Shown here piece after piece: positions 25,345 to 37,460 of a stretch of 64,000 nucleotides of DNA. A program made the position numbers and the translations under genes. Below the pieces are notes generated by a model. The model did no database searches, had not been told where the DNA came from, and saw nothing but the letters and a program-made list of their open reading frames with translations. Origin of the DNA: Eledone cirrhosa (Eukaryota); assembly GCA_964016885.1 (NCBI GenBank), contig OZ024743.1, positions 246,326,001 to 246,390,000 of the forward strand, written 5' to 3'. The first letter of the stretch is position 1, and every line of letters starts with the position of its first letter.

Positions 25345-25922
25345 AAACATATATACATTTCTGTGTGTGTGTAATATATATATATATACACACACAGAAA
25401 TATATATATATACACACAGAAATATATATACATTTCTGTGTGTGTAATATATATATTTATATACACACAGAAATACATATACATTTCTGTGTGTGTAATA
25501 TATATATATATACACACACAGAAATATATATACATTTCTGTGTGTGTAATATATATATATATACACACACAGAAATATATATACATTTCTGTGTGTGTAA
25601 TATATATATATATACACACACAGAAATATATATATATACACACAGAAATATATATACATTTCTGTGTGTGTAATATATATATTTATATACACACAGAAAT
25701 ACATATACATTTCTGTGTGTGTAATATATATATATATACACACACAGAAATATATATACATTTCTGTGTGTGTAATATATATATATATACACACACAGAA
25801 ATATATATACATTTCTGTGTGTGTAATATATATATATATACACACACAGAAATATATATATATTTCCGTGTGTGTGTATATATATATATATATATTACAC
25901 ACACAGAAATGTATATATATAT
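25345..25922. repeat. 51-bp palindrome-rich minisatellite; second array at 27349-27610
   Basis: Unit gaaatatatatacatttctgtgtgtgtaatatatatatatatacacacaca. Explains the 17-aa repeat ORFs. Confidence 0.95.
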
Positions 25923-25929
25923 AGTATAT

Positions 25930-26783
25930 ACGCAGACTAGAGAGGAACGAAGCTTGCATGCTCCGCTGGATGTGTAATAGTAATATACGTGAACGGCAAA
26001 GCATAAACGAACTAAGGAAAAAATTAGAAATAAGAGGGATCAGATGTTGTTTACTTGAGAGAAGGCTACGTTGGTATGGTCACGTGATGCACATGAAAGA
26101 CGATAGCTGTATAACAAAGTGCAGGGTAATAAAGATAGACGGTAGCCACGGAGTAGGCAGACCCAGAAAAACCTGGGACGAGCTGATAAATTCCGACCTC
26201 ACACACTTACACCTCTCCAAGACAATGTCACTGGACCGAGACCTTTGGCGGTACTCAGTAATAGAGAAGACCCGCCTTACCTAAATACAAAGTAAAACCT
26301 ACTACAGTCAGTAGGCATCTCTAACAAAATACACCCCCGTCCCACCACCCCCACCCCATCCACACCGCCCCTTTCAATATAAAGTTATGTTGGTGCCACA
26401 ACATCCAGGCCGAAACAAATGAGATCGTGTAGGTGTCACGACAAAAAAACACACAGTCCACGCTGTAATGTGGTCGTGTGGGCAACACGGTAAAAACCTC
26501 CCAGCCCCACACTGTAAATGTGGTTGGTGTTAGGAAGGGCATCCAGCTGTAGAAAACCCGCCAGACAGTCCACGCTGTAATGTGGCCGTGTAGGCAACAC
26601 GGTAAAAACCTCCCAGCCCCACACTGTAAATGTGGTTGGTGTTAGGAAGGGCATCCAACTGTAGAAAACCTGCCAGACAGTCCTATGCGAGCAAGGCAAT
26701 CACTCTTGCCTCAAGTGTGAAAACCCCCGTCCAAACCCATGCAAGCGTGGAACACGGACGTTAAACGTTGATGATGATGATGA
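25930..26783 (+). mobile_element. RTE LINE 3' fragment with duplicated 3' UTR segment and (GAT)n tail
   Basis: ORF 25958-26284 MLRWMC..RRLRWYGHVM..GRPRKTW. About 112-bp direct repeat within 26453-26682. Confidence 0.9.
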
Positions 26784-27037
26784 CACAGAAATATATATAC
26801 ATCCCTTAGCTACTGTACTGTATCTGTTGCTATCTCTCTCTCTCTCCAGCTATCCCTCTCTTTTAGTCTGTCTGTTTCTCTCACTCTCACTCTTTCTTTG
26901 TAACACACTAACATTCCTCCCCTCTATTGCTGTGACGAATGGGGCGATGGAGGAGGAGGAGGAGGAGAGAGTCACTTTGTCACTTCATCTCTGCCTTTCT
27001 TTCTCTCCCCTCTCACTCCCTCATTACGTAGACATTA

Positions 27038-27230
27038 GGGCGGTGGATTGGCAGAATCTGTAGAGAGTCGGACACCATGCTTCATAGCATGGAGTTACGT
27101 CCCTTTACGGTCTGAGTTCAAATACCGCCGAGGTTAACTTTGCCTTTCATCCTCACGGGGTCGATAAAATAAAGTACCAGTAATGTACTGTGTAATTGCT
27201 GGCCTTGTGCCAAAAGTAGAAACAATTATT
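27038..27230 (+). mobile_element. Full-length SINE family 1
   Basis: gggcggtggattggcagaat...gagttcaaatacc...aaagtagaaacaattatt. Confidence 0.9.
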
Positions 27231-28141
27231 AGAAACATTGCTTCATTTTTACATATCTAAGCATTAGTAAAATAACTAATAATTTCAAAAGTAATTTTTC
27301 AATTCCAATTGTTATGAACAGCAAAACATTAATAATAATTTTGTTCTAAGAAATATATATACATTTCTGTGTGTGTAATATATATATATATACACACACA
27401 CAGAAATATATATACATTTGTGTGTGTGTAATATATATATATATACACACAGAAATATATATACATTTCTGTGTGTGTAATATATATATATATACACACA
27501 CAGAAATATATATACATTTCTGTGTGTGTAATATATATATATACACACAGAAATATATATACATTTCTGTGTGTGTAATATATATATATATACACACACA
27601 GAAATATATGGGCATTTCTCTGTTTGTCTGTCTGTCTGTCCTTCCCTAAAACTCAAATGTAGGTGCTACAGAAATATTACCTTCCCCTCTCCACTGACTT
27701 AGGTCACTGAGGCCGAGGGAATCGATGGTTGCTTGGCGGCGTGTACGGGCTGTAATGTGAGGGCGGGTCGTGGACGATGACGACATCGCATGTCGCGTCT
27801 TGCCGTCTGTCTTTCCCGGCAGCTACTCGTAAAAGTACGGGTCGGCGGCGGAACACCTTGCACAAGCCAGAAGTAACCAGTTCGAGGCGGTTCTGACTTG
27901 ACACCATGCCAAGGACCATTTGAAGATATATTTCCATCGTTATATCATAACGTTTATATTTCCGTCACTAATCTCTTTTTCTCCTTTGTCGTTTTAACAT
28001 ATATTTATACATGCATAAAAGACACACCGAGAGACGGTGAACATGTGGTGCCGAAAACATTACTCATCCAAATCTCAACAATATCAGTATATACACTAGA
28101 TTTGCTAGCAGAAAACCGGACACCGGGTGGTTTTCTGCTAG

Positions 28142-29206
28142 TCTATATATATAAAACAGAAAATGTTTGTCTGTCTGTCCCCCTAAAATTCGAGAACCAC
28201 CCAACCGATTTTTTTCAAACTTTACACATGTAATACTTATGGTTGTGTGAGTGTTTTGAGCAAAAAATAGTTCAAATTTTCAATGCCCTAGGGACCGCAT
28301 TAGGCGCCTGTTAGCGATCTCTCTCTGTCTTTCTTAAGTCTGTCTTTTTAGATAGATACATAGCTATAACGTTGTGCCCTTATAATATCTGTCTGTGTGT
28401 CTGCATTACGATATTATGAAAACATTGACTTCGCTATCTGTGTGTGTGTGTATATATGTATATAAATATATATAGTGTGTGTATATATATATATATAGTG
28501 TGTAACTTTTTTCGAAATATTTACTTCTGCATTCACAGATTGATTTTTTTAGTTTCAGAAGATCCTGTTAAGGGTGAAAGCAGCGATTCTTTGCTTAAAC
28601 TTTAATCTGTTATTTTAATATATATATATAATTATATATTCGTGTACAGATATTTTTGCATACACAATAACAAAATATAAACAAACGTATCTATTTCACA
28701 AGGCTCGATAAAAATAAATATATATCAAATATATAAGAACCCTAGAGCAAATATTGTTCTCATTGCACAAATTTTCTAGACTGAAAAAGATTTCAAATTT
28801 TGCCTGGGGACTGCATTGTTTAGCATTTTGGTTGCATTTGGGCCTGTAACCTTAAAAGTATCCAACTAAATTCCTTCATGCTCTCCATCACCACAGTCCC
28901 ACATGCTTTCTGCTCTGTAACTATTGCTTTCATTGTACCATAGCACAACAAATACATGTTTGGTTTGTTGAATGCCTTTTTACTTAACCCTATCATCTTG
29001 GCTTTCGTGGGTTGAACATTTTACTCTTAGGCACCCAATTAAGTTAAACCCCTGGTAATCTACAACAAATTTTTTTTATAAGCACAAAATGTAGACACCA
29101 TCCCCAGGCCGAGGTATTCCGTACTTCTCTGTACTGTTTCAGAAATAAGGGATAAACATGCCAATCTATGTTTAGAATCCCGAGCAATGCCGGGTCATTC
29201 TGCTAG
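28142..29206 (+). mobile_element. Non-autonomous Helitron (unit 2 of the composite)
   Basis: TCTATATATATAAAAC start directly after CTAG. 3' hairpin cccgagcaatgccggg plus tcattctgCTAG|T. The 5' region is homologous to 37180-37460 (inverted). Confidence 0.88.
28536..28609 (+). ncRNA. Type I hammerhead-ribozyme-like motif, variant core CAGAAGA, inside a Helitron
   Basis: cagattga..agttt CAGAAGA t cct..ggg t GAAA gca..tgc TT aaact ttaatctg. Confidence 0.6.
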
Positions 29207-29904
29207 TATTTTTCTAAAAACCATTCCATCATAATTGTATATAAGAACCTTTGTTTTGTTTTAAACACCAACTTAATAATGAAAAAGTTAATTAATCTAC
29301 TTAATCCCTCCAAATTCTTGCTTATCAAAATTAATTGAAAATCAAAGTCAGCATCTTTCATTGCCTATGTGTTTAAATTAATTTTGAAAATATACCATAC
29401 ATTTTGAAAAATTTAATAAAATAACAAACTCTTTCATTAGTAAGGTGATATAAACATTTTAAAATGAGCAGTTTTGTATCATAAATTCAGAGCAGTTTGG
29501 TATATAAATAAGGCAGAAAGCTTGTTACTACAGATTGCTGTTAATTTCCAGCTAGTTTACTCCTCTGACAATGATGTTGATAGATTCTTCGTCAGTTTCA
29601 TCTATGAATATTCACTTGTTCAATCAACTGATTATGTAACTCATGAATTAATATGTAAGTGGTTGAGTATTCCACAGATATGTGTACCCCTAATAGGCAG
29701 AATCAGCAAGACACAATGCAACAAGGCTGGACCTTTCAATTACAAGCATAATACAATGTGACAGGCTTTCATATAGTTTCCCCTCTACCTGATTTCATTT
29801 GAAAAGCTTGTGTCCAACCAAGGTTAGGGCAAAGTCACATGGCCCATAGGATTGAACCCAACACCTCATGATTGCAAAGCAAACTTTTTAACCACTTGGC
29901 CATC

Positions 29905-30160
29905 CTTTCTGGTATGCATCCAGGCTGAAGAAGGCAAACTGTCAAAGTATTGACCACTCTCTGATAAGTTTGCAGTAGAGCCTGTGTCAGTGGAGACTCC
30001 CAGTGTTCTTGCTCCCTGCTATTGAGGTGGAGTTGGCTACCTGCAAGTGCGAGCCCTGTAAGGTGGAGAGGCTATTCCAGCACATCTCCCTTGTCATCCA
30101 CTAGGGAAATGTTTTCTCCATCCTGTCAGCCATGATCCCTTGGAGGACAGACCCTTGAAC
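29905..30160 (+). mobile_element. Second CRE-like 3' fragment
   Basis: AEEGKLSKY..LSDKFAVEPVSVET.SVL and LFQHISLVIH.GN.FSILS. Homologous to 12430-12650. Confidence 0.6.
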
Positions 30161-30509
30161 AGTGAGTGGTATATACAGATCACATACACTGAAAACATTA
30201 TTAAGTAAGTAAAATTTTCTATAGACATCCACCACCAACAATACCATTATTTTTATTATCGTCATTCTTGAAAGCCTCAATACACAATAGAATATTTGAC
30301 AAAACAGTGTTGTACTCATCAATTGGTAGCTTACTGAAAGGTTTTCTTTTTCCCTTCTCTCAATTATAATAATTATTTTCATACTACACTCTCCTTATTT
30401 AAAAAAAACAATCATGTCTCTTTTACCATAAGGTAGCGAATTGGCCAAGGGATTAGGGCATCAAGTTAAAAATGCTTTAGTATTTATACCAGCTCACTGC
30501 ACTCTGAGT

Positions 30510-30713
30510 TAAAATATATTTAATCAATAGTTACGAAATTATATTGATAAATTATGTTAAAATATATTTAATCAAGAGTTACGAAATTTAGTAGATAAAT
30601 TATGTAATATTCATTCATTATTTATTCAAAGTAATCCAATTTATTTTACAAACGGGATAAAAAAATATATATTCTGGACGCTGTCCCGCACTCCTTTCTT
30701 TATTATAGTTGAT
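30510..30713 (-). mobile_element. 5' fragment of the 1436-1924 Helitron family
   Basis: Reverse complement of about 1440-1590. Confidence 0.75.
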
Positions 30714-31264
30714 ATTTCGTTGATTTGGTAGTTTATAAACAGAAAACAATTTGGCACTTCTATTATTATTTTGTTGTTGATTTTTTAAAAATCACTCTTC
30801 TTTAATCCGAAAATATATTTAGAGAGAGCGGTGGGGGGGGGGGACATACACATTTGTGTTTGTAATGCGTTGTTTTCTAAATTACATACAATTAAGAAGA
30901 GCGCTGGAATTTCCTCGAAAGGAGAAAAAAGAAAAAATATGAAATGGTAGCTGATGTCGCTTAAGTGATGAAAAGAGTAAAACTGGAAAAAATAAATTAA
31001 AACATCTCAAATGAACAATTTACTAATTAATTAACAAATTCAGTCAATAACAAATAACCGAGAAAAAATTAAAATAAAAAGTCATAAGATGGCTGCCGTC
31101 GTACTCTCTTATTCTCTCTCTCGCTCTCTATTGAAACGCCGTCAGTTATGTGACCAACGGATCAGCCTGCTCGCGAAATTATCGTACAAGTAACTGAGTC
31201 TCTCAATGTCATGAAAAGCCAGTGAAAATAATTGAGCAGTATCTAATAAAAACAAAACGCATTA

Positions 31265-31462
31265 TTGCACTGGGATAATCGCTGGCCTTGTGCCAAAAGT
31301 AGAAACAATTATTAAAAGGAACAAGGGCAGTGGATTGGTAGTATCAATAGAGCGTCGGACACCCTGCTTCGTGGCATAGAGTTACGCCCCTTAACGTTCT
31401 GAGTTCAAATCCCGTCGAGGTTAGCTTTGCCTTTCATCCTTACGAGGTCGATTTAATTGACC
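31265..31462 (+). mobile_element. SINE family 1 tail fragment followed by a head and body copy
   Basis: gctggccttgtgccaaaagtagaaacaatt, then gggcagtggattgg...gagttcaaatccc...gcctttcatcct. Confidence 0.8.
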
Positions 31463-32919
31463 CCCCCCCCCTGCCCTATCAAGCAACAAAAGAATGAGTG
31501 AGGGGGAGTGACAGACAGTACACTCCTATCTAAGTGGTACCTCAGCCGCGCCCCGCGGACAAAACGGCAAAAGCGTTACCGCGGAGAATGGTCAGAGTAT
31601 TTACACAAACGGACTTTTGACTGCGAAGGGAACTTCACCATTCGGCAACAATGTATACGTATTAGCCAAGTCGAGTTTACGTTTTCATTTGGCAGTGTCC
31701 GTCTATAACGTATTTATAATCAAAAGTTCTCCAGCGGTGATAATCCCGTCTTTAGTTTGTTTGCTCCCCACCTCCGATAGTGTATTTAGAACATTAATGT
31801 GTCTTTTGTGATTGCAGCACAACAATTTTCAAACTTTATCAATCCACGATTTACATGGAGCTGAAAGTTTTAAGGGTTTAATGAAAGTATTAAAAATGTT
31901 GTTTGATACTAATGAATGAAAAACGTGTCCGTTACCATATTTCTAAAGAACATGTGTTTGTTAACATATTTCTAGAGAAAGACAATTTATAATTTTTCAG
32001 TAATTTTGAAAATGATCAAGAATTTGAAGAAATTTTGTAATATACTAGCTTTCTCATTATTAAGCTGTGAAAAATATTTATAACAAATGTTCTTACATAA
32101 AATTATGATGGAAGGTTTAGCACCAAAAATTTAACCCTTTTCGTTAATAATTGTTCCCATGTACAAGTTAAGAATAGAGGAAATAATTTACAACTTCAAA
32201 GTGGCAGTGAGTGAATGTGAAAAGTGTAGAGCAATGCCGCAAGCTTGTAAAGGGGAACTGTTGACGGAAGGGACTTTACTGCAGACCTGGTCGTCAATGA
32301 AGGAATTTCCGGTTAAGCAGCTAACGAGACCTGAACTTTAGGGACAGATCATTCCTCCTTACACTTAGTAAGTGTGTATCACACAATAAACAGTTCAACA
32401 AAACACCGATTGTTATTTTAAGTATAGCATAACGAAAGCTATAAAGGAGACTTAAAAAAATTATAGAAAGAAATAATTGTGTATGAACGCGGTGTGCGTG
32501 TAATCTTGTGTGTTTTGTTCGTTGGTTTACCCCGGTCAAGTAGAGAGGAATAGGTGAGGAAAATAGAAAGATATCAAGTGACGGAAAATACTTTTCGATA
32601 TTTTTTCACGGCCAGTTACAAATTTTTCAGAATTAATTCAACTTATAGCCCATCTCCACTATGTTAGATAATTTGTCAGTTCAAAAGTGCGTTTAATGCT
32701 TTGAAAACGTTAGGTGGGGTGGCTGTCGCTGGCCATTGTCCGCGGGGCCCAGAGCCCTATCACTCTCACCCTCCTTCTGTAGCACTAGAGCCCTTGCCTT
32801 TCCTGTTCTTGTCTTTTTTAAAATATATTTTCTTATTTTACAATTCATTCTTTCTTTTCAATTAACGAAATAAATTTAATAAGTTAACAATCTGAAAACC
32901 TATGATCACGATACGTCTA

Positions 32920-33060
32920 CAGGTAAAATTACGTTATAACGAATTTTTTTTCTATCCCCGGCCATACGCTCGATTTGTTAGGCCGATCTCGTTATTAAGA
33001 ATTTTTCGTTACAACGAATTTGTTATACCCCGTGAATTTCGTTATAACGGAATTTCACTA
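32920..33060. mobile_element. Small Tigger/Tc1-like MITE or TIR remnant
   Basis: Imperfect TIRs ta|caggtaaaattacgttataacgaa and ttcgttataacggaatttcacta|ta. Confidence 0.5.
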
Positions 33061-33752
33061 TATATATATATATATATACACTAGATGATTACCCAGAATG
33101 CAAATTCATTGCGCCATGTCTCATCAGCTAGAAGCTTATTCCGCCTAGAAACTCTTCAGATGTGAAAACAACTTAAAATTAATCTTTTAGATCATACAAA
33201 AAAAAAAAAAAAAAGCTGAAAGCACCATCTCTCGAGAAAAGCCTCTCACTTCCTTGTGCATTAGATGTGTGAGCGAATTCAGGAAAAAAAGTCGCATTTA
33301 TTTAAATACCATAAAAAAGGTAATTTACATAAAACAATGAAGACATTTATAAAGAGAAAAGAAAAGCAGCGTTCTTTTGTTGTCTGTAGACAGCAATATC
33401 CGATCAATAAATTTCGTTTTATATTCATTTAAATCAATTACAATTCTTATCAAACAATTTAATTTTAAACATTTTCTTTTGACTAATAAATTATTCTGAA
33501 TGTACATATACAAGACTCCAGCAGATACGTGGAAATGAGATAAAGTGATAATCGGATACATGTTGCGACATTTCCTTTTCTTTTCTAATACACCATTTGG
33601 AATTTACATACACAGGTATTCTACACTCTACGTCGTTGGTTCCCAAAAGTCAAGACTTCAACTGAAAAATGACGAATTAACGGCTTCTTTCTATCAACCG
33701 ATAATTGGCATTCCCCAGTGCTGTACTTCAACGTATATACAGTACAGTTATT

Positions 33753-34780
33753 GGCGATATCCAATTTTAGTGGACTAAATGCTGCTTACGTGCTGTAGTT
33801 GCTGCTTACAATGTATGAGGCTATTCCAACAAATTTACATTCCCTTTTTTTTAGCCGTTAAAAGAAATATAGATTTATTTATTGTTTTTTTTTTTGCGAT
33901 TTATTTGCCACTGGGGCATAGATTTCTTTATTTGCCACGTTTTTGTTTGTTTGTTTTTTTGCGATTTATTTGCCACTAGAGCATTAGGCGGGGGAATTTT
34001 TTACAAAAATCAAGTACAAACATTTAACGAATGATTAAAAAGGAATATAAAAAATTAAGTCCTCAATAGAGCGGCAGCCTTTTGGGGTCACACACACCCC
34101 CGTAGAAAGTGTGCGACCTTTCTGCCAGGGAGCACAGAGAAAGGGGGGTGCTCCCTTCTTCTCTTACCTGTACAAGCCGATATAGAGAGATGGCCCACTT
34201 ACACGGGCCATTATTGCTGATTGGCAGTATCGGTAGAGGGTCGGACGCCATGCTTTGTAGCATAGAGTTACGTCCCTTTATGATCTGAGTTCAAATCCTG
34301 CCGAGGTTAACTTTACCTTTCATCCTTACGGGGTCGATAAAATAAAGTACCAGTAATGTACTGGGTAGTTGCTGGCCTTGTGCCTAAAATAGAAACAATT
34401 ATTGCTACTTTCGTCCCTTTACGATCTGAGTTCAAATCCCGCCGAGGTTGACTTTGCCTTTCATCCTTACGGGGTCGATAAAATAAAGTACCAGTAATGC
34501 ACTGTATAATTGCTGGCCTTGTGCCTAAAGTAGAAACAATTATTGCTACTTTCGCTACCCGCCTAATGCTCTAGTGGCAAATAAATCGCAAAAAAACAAA
34601 CAAACAAAATCGTGGCAAATAAAGAAATCTATGCCCCAGTGGCAAATAAATCGCAAAAAAAAAAACAATAAATAAATCTATATTTCTTTTAACGGCTAAA
34701 AAAAGGGGAATGTAAATTTGTTGGAATAGCCTCATACATTGAAGTAAGCAGCATTTAGTCCACTAAAATTGGATATTGCC
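33753..34780. mobile_element. Non-autonomous DNA transposon with about 230-bp TIRs, GG termini and an 8-bp TSD (Merlin-like; Mutator is the alternative)
   Basis: TSD cagttatt at 33745-33752 and 34781-34788. TIRs at about 33753-33991 and 34558-34780. Confidence 0.85.
34212..34545 (+). mobile_element. SINE family 1 copy plus partial tandem duplicate, nested in the MITE
   Basis: Two gagttcaaatcc...gaaacaattattgctactttcg units. Confidence 0.9.
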
Positions 34781-35879
34781 CAGTTATTTATGTTTTTATT
34801 AACGTTTTTTATGATTTAATATTTTTTCACAGACCGACGTAAAGTTGAGTCAATCGACATAACACGAGGTTTATTTTGCCATATAGTATTAATAATTGGT
34901 GGTGAAAATATTTTAAGAAAACTTTGAAAATGACGAAACTCGAAACGACGTAAGCCGAAGTATACCTGTATATATATAGATCAGTCAAGTATAGAAATAT
35001 CGGATAGGGCGCTTGGTTGTTCCAGCGCATTAGCCTCGCCATCACCCGAAGCAACGCTGCGAGTGTGCTGGCTTGCCTAAAAAATCATTAGAGAGTTTGC
35101 TCGGTACTCCTCGCGACGTTGCTGTCTTTTGCTCTGGTGTTGGCTCCGTTGTTCACCCCTTCTTTTACATTTTCTTTAATATTGTAACATTAAAAGAATA
35201 TATCTTTCTGAAAGAATCGCGAGCAATTTATAATGTTATCTCAGCATAAAATATTATATTGAAAGATGTTAATCTATATAGGAACTTTTTTAAATGGGTG
35301 GGTTTTTTTCTTTCACCTAGCCAAAAATGTGGCTTTTTCTGTGATTTCATTTTCTTTCGTCGTGTGAGCAGCTTCTTTAGAAGAATATGGCGAAAAAGTC
35401 AACAACATTGATTTTAATGGTTGATTCTTGACGTGCTATTATAGAAATAATTTTTCTTGTTTTTTTTTTTCGTGTATTATCAATTAGACTTACCTTCTAA
35501 TATAGTCCTAAGGACTTCCCCCCCTGAAAGGGGGGAGGGGGTATCGGATTTTTCACGAACGGATTAAAATAGCAGGAATTACAGGCAAACTAATTTTCAA
35601 CCTGTAACATTCGACGCGTTTGGGGGAGCTGGGATGCTGAGAACGAAGTTCTTGTCATTGTTAGCGGTTTACTCACCAGATCGACATAGGTGATGCTCGC
35701 CTCAAAACTTATTAGAGGAAACTCCAGCACCCCTTGTTGTGACGTGTGATTCAGTGTGCATGTCTTCTGGCGCTTTTTTTCTGCTTTTATTGTTTGTTTT
35801 TTTTTTCGCTACGTACAAAATGTTTTAATAACCTAAAATTATAATGTTTGAATCATTCGTGGTTAATGATTTTGAAATT

Positions 35880-36596
35880 AGGACTTCTCTGTGGAAGAAA
35901 CATTTTATAAAAACAATTATGATAGTTTATTGCTGGCGAATGTGGATTATCCTCTCAACTTCTTGACTGATTGAACACATCAAGCTAAGTAATTTATCAA
36001 GGCCTCAAAAAGCAAGTTAGTATATCGTTATAGGTTATAGATGGGGGAAGACACTGTCCGTGGAAATGATGATGCATGCTTTCCATGACAAATCATGAGA
36101 ACTGTTAACAATATCAAAAACATCTCTGATTTTTAAAATGTTCCATGATGTCTCTATCGAAAACAAACCAATTGAATGATAGCAGCTGAGTTTTCCGGTT
36201 GTGTCAGTTGATTCATCTAACTGGATTGCAGTTTTAAAAAATCCGCTTCTTTAATAACTTCTGACTCAACGTCTTGGGACATATCGTTTATGAGTTGACT
36301 AATTTCACATAGCGATGACGAAAATTTTGTTTTTATATTATTCCTCAATAAACAATAAATCGGTATTTGTAGATTTTTTCTTTTTTGCCACGATTTCTAC
36401 GATATACTAACTTGCTTTTTGAGGCCTTGATAAATTACTTAGCTTGATGTGTTCAATCAGTCAAGAAGTTTCTATTAAAATGCTTTGTAAGAAGGTGTTT
36501 CAGTTTATTTGGAAGCATCGCCTAGCTTTTCACCACAAACAAAACATAGGATGTAGCTGCATTTCTTCCAATGAAATGAATCCAAAGGACAAATAG

Positions 36597-36598
<2 letters not shown>
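35880..36598 (-). pseudogene. Decayed hAT (Buster/ZBED5/SCAND3-like) transposase remnant
   Basis: Manual translation across frameshifts: YLSFGF..CFVCGEKL..PNKLKH, AS.YIVEIVAKKKKS, AIQLDESTDTTG and LSWKAC..ISTD. Confidence 0.7.

Positions 36599-36664
<66 letters not shown>
36599..36664. repeat. (TA)n microsatellite, Helitron insertion site
   Basis: Directly visible. Confidence 0.95.
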
Positions 36665-36665
<1 letters not shown>

Positions 36666-37460
36666 TAGCAGTGGTACCCGGCGTTGCACGAGATAAGGTA
36701 TTTTGGAACGCGGGCAGCCAACAGACCTAATCGTGGAAAAACTGCATGCCTGGACAATATGTAAAGAAAATAAACCGAATACTCTGATGGCTGGATAATC
36801 TTTAAGATTTTCCTCGATGAAGCAGGAAAGATGCAGGTTTTCACCTAATGCGGGCCCTAGGCCATAAAAGAGTTGGATTTTCTTTGCTCACGGTATGAAG
36901 AAGAGACTGACTAATACATAGTTACAATTTCAAGGAAATCGGTCTGACGTAACGCCTAAAAAAAACCCTAAAAAACTGAAAAAACGCAGTTTTTCACCTA
37001 ATGAGATCAAAAAGTTGATTTTTTTTATGTGCATAAGTTGATTTTTTATGTGCATAACACTCCCTGAAACATAAGTAATACACATGTAAAGTTTGAAAAA
37101 AATCGGTTGGATACTTCTCGAGTTTTAGGGATTCAAACTCACAGACACACACACACACATCCTCAGGGAAGTGACGAAATGCAGACAGCCAGACATACAG
37201 ACAAATATTATAAGGGCGCGACGTTATATGTATGTATCTATCTAAAAAGAGAAAGACTAAGAATTATAGAGAGAGATCGCTAAATCGCCTAATGCGGTGC
37301 CTAGGGCCATGAAAATTTGAAATTTGTTTTGCTCAGAACACTCCCTGAAACATAAGTATTACATTTGTAAAGTTTGAAAACAGTTGGTTGGGTGGTTCTC
37401 GAGTTTTAGCGATTCAAACTCACACACACACAGACAGACATCCTCAGTTTTATATATATA
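36665..37460 (-). mobile_element. Non-autonomous Helitron with an internal duplication of its 5' module
   Basis: 3' end (minus) ctcgtgcaacgccggg taccactgCTAG; 5' end tatatatataaaactgaggatgtctgtctg. Duplicated segments at about 37040-37166 and 37330-37448. Confidence 0.85.

Larger units (their letters stand above)
25163..28141 (+). mobile_element. Non-autonomous Helitron (unit 1 of a composite), carrying a minisatellite and nested RTE and SINE insertions
   Basis: A|TC start, 3' hairpin gcagaaaacc...ggttttctgCTAG. Confidence 0.8.

Noticed and set aside
25345-25922. CRISPR-like regular repeats
   Set aside because: No unique spacers, eukaryotic context and no cas genes.
25077-27656. Many Y/I/C/T/H-rich ORFs
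   Set aside because: Translations of the 51-bp minisatellite in all frames.
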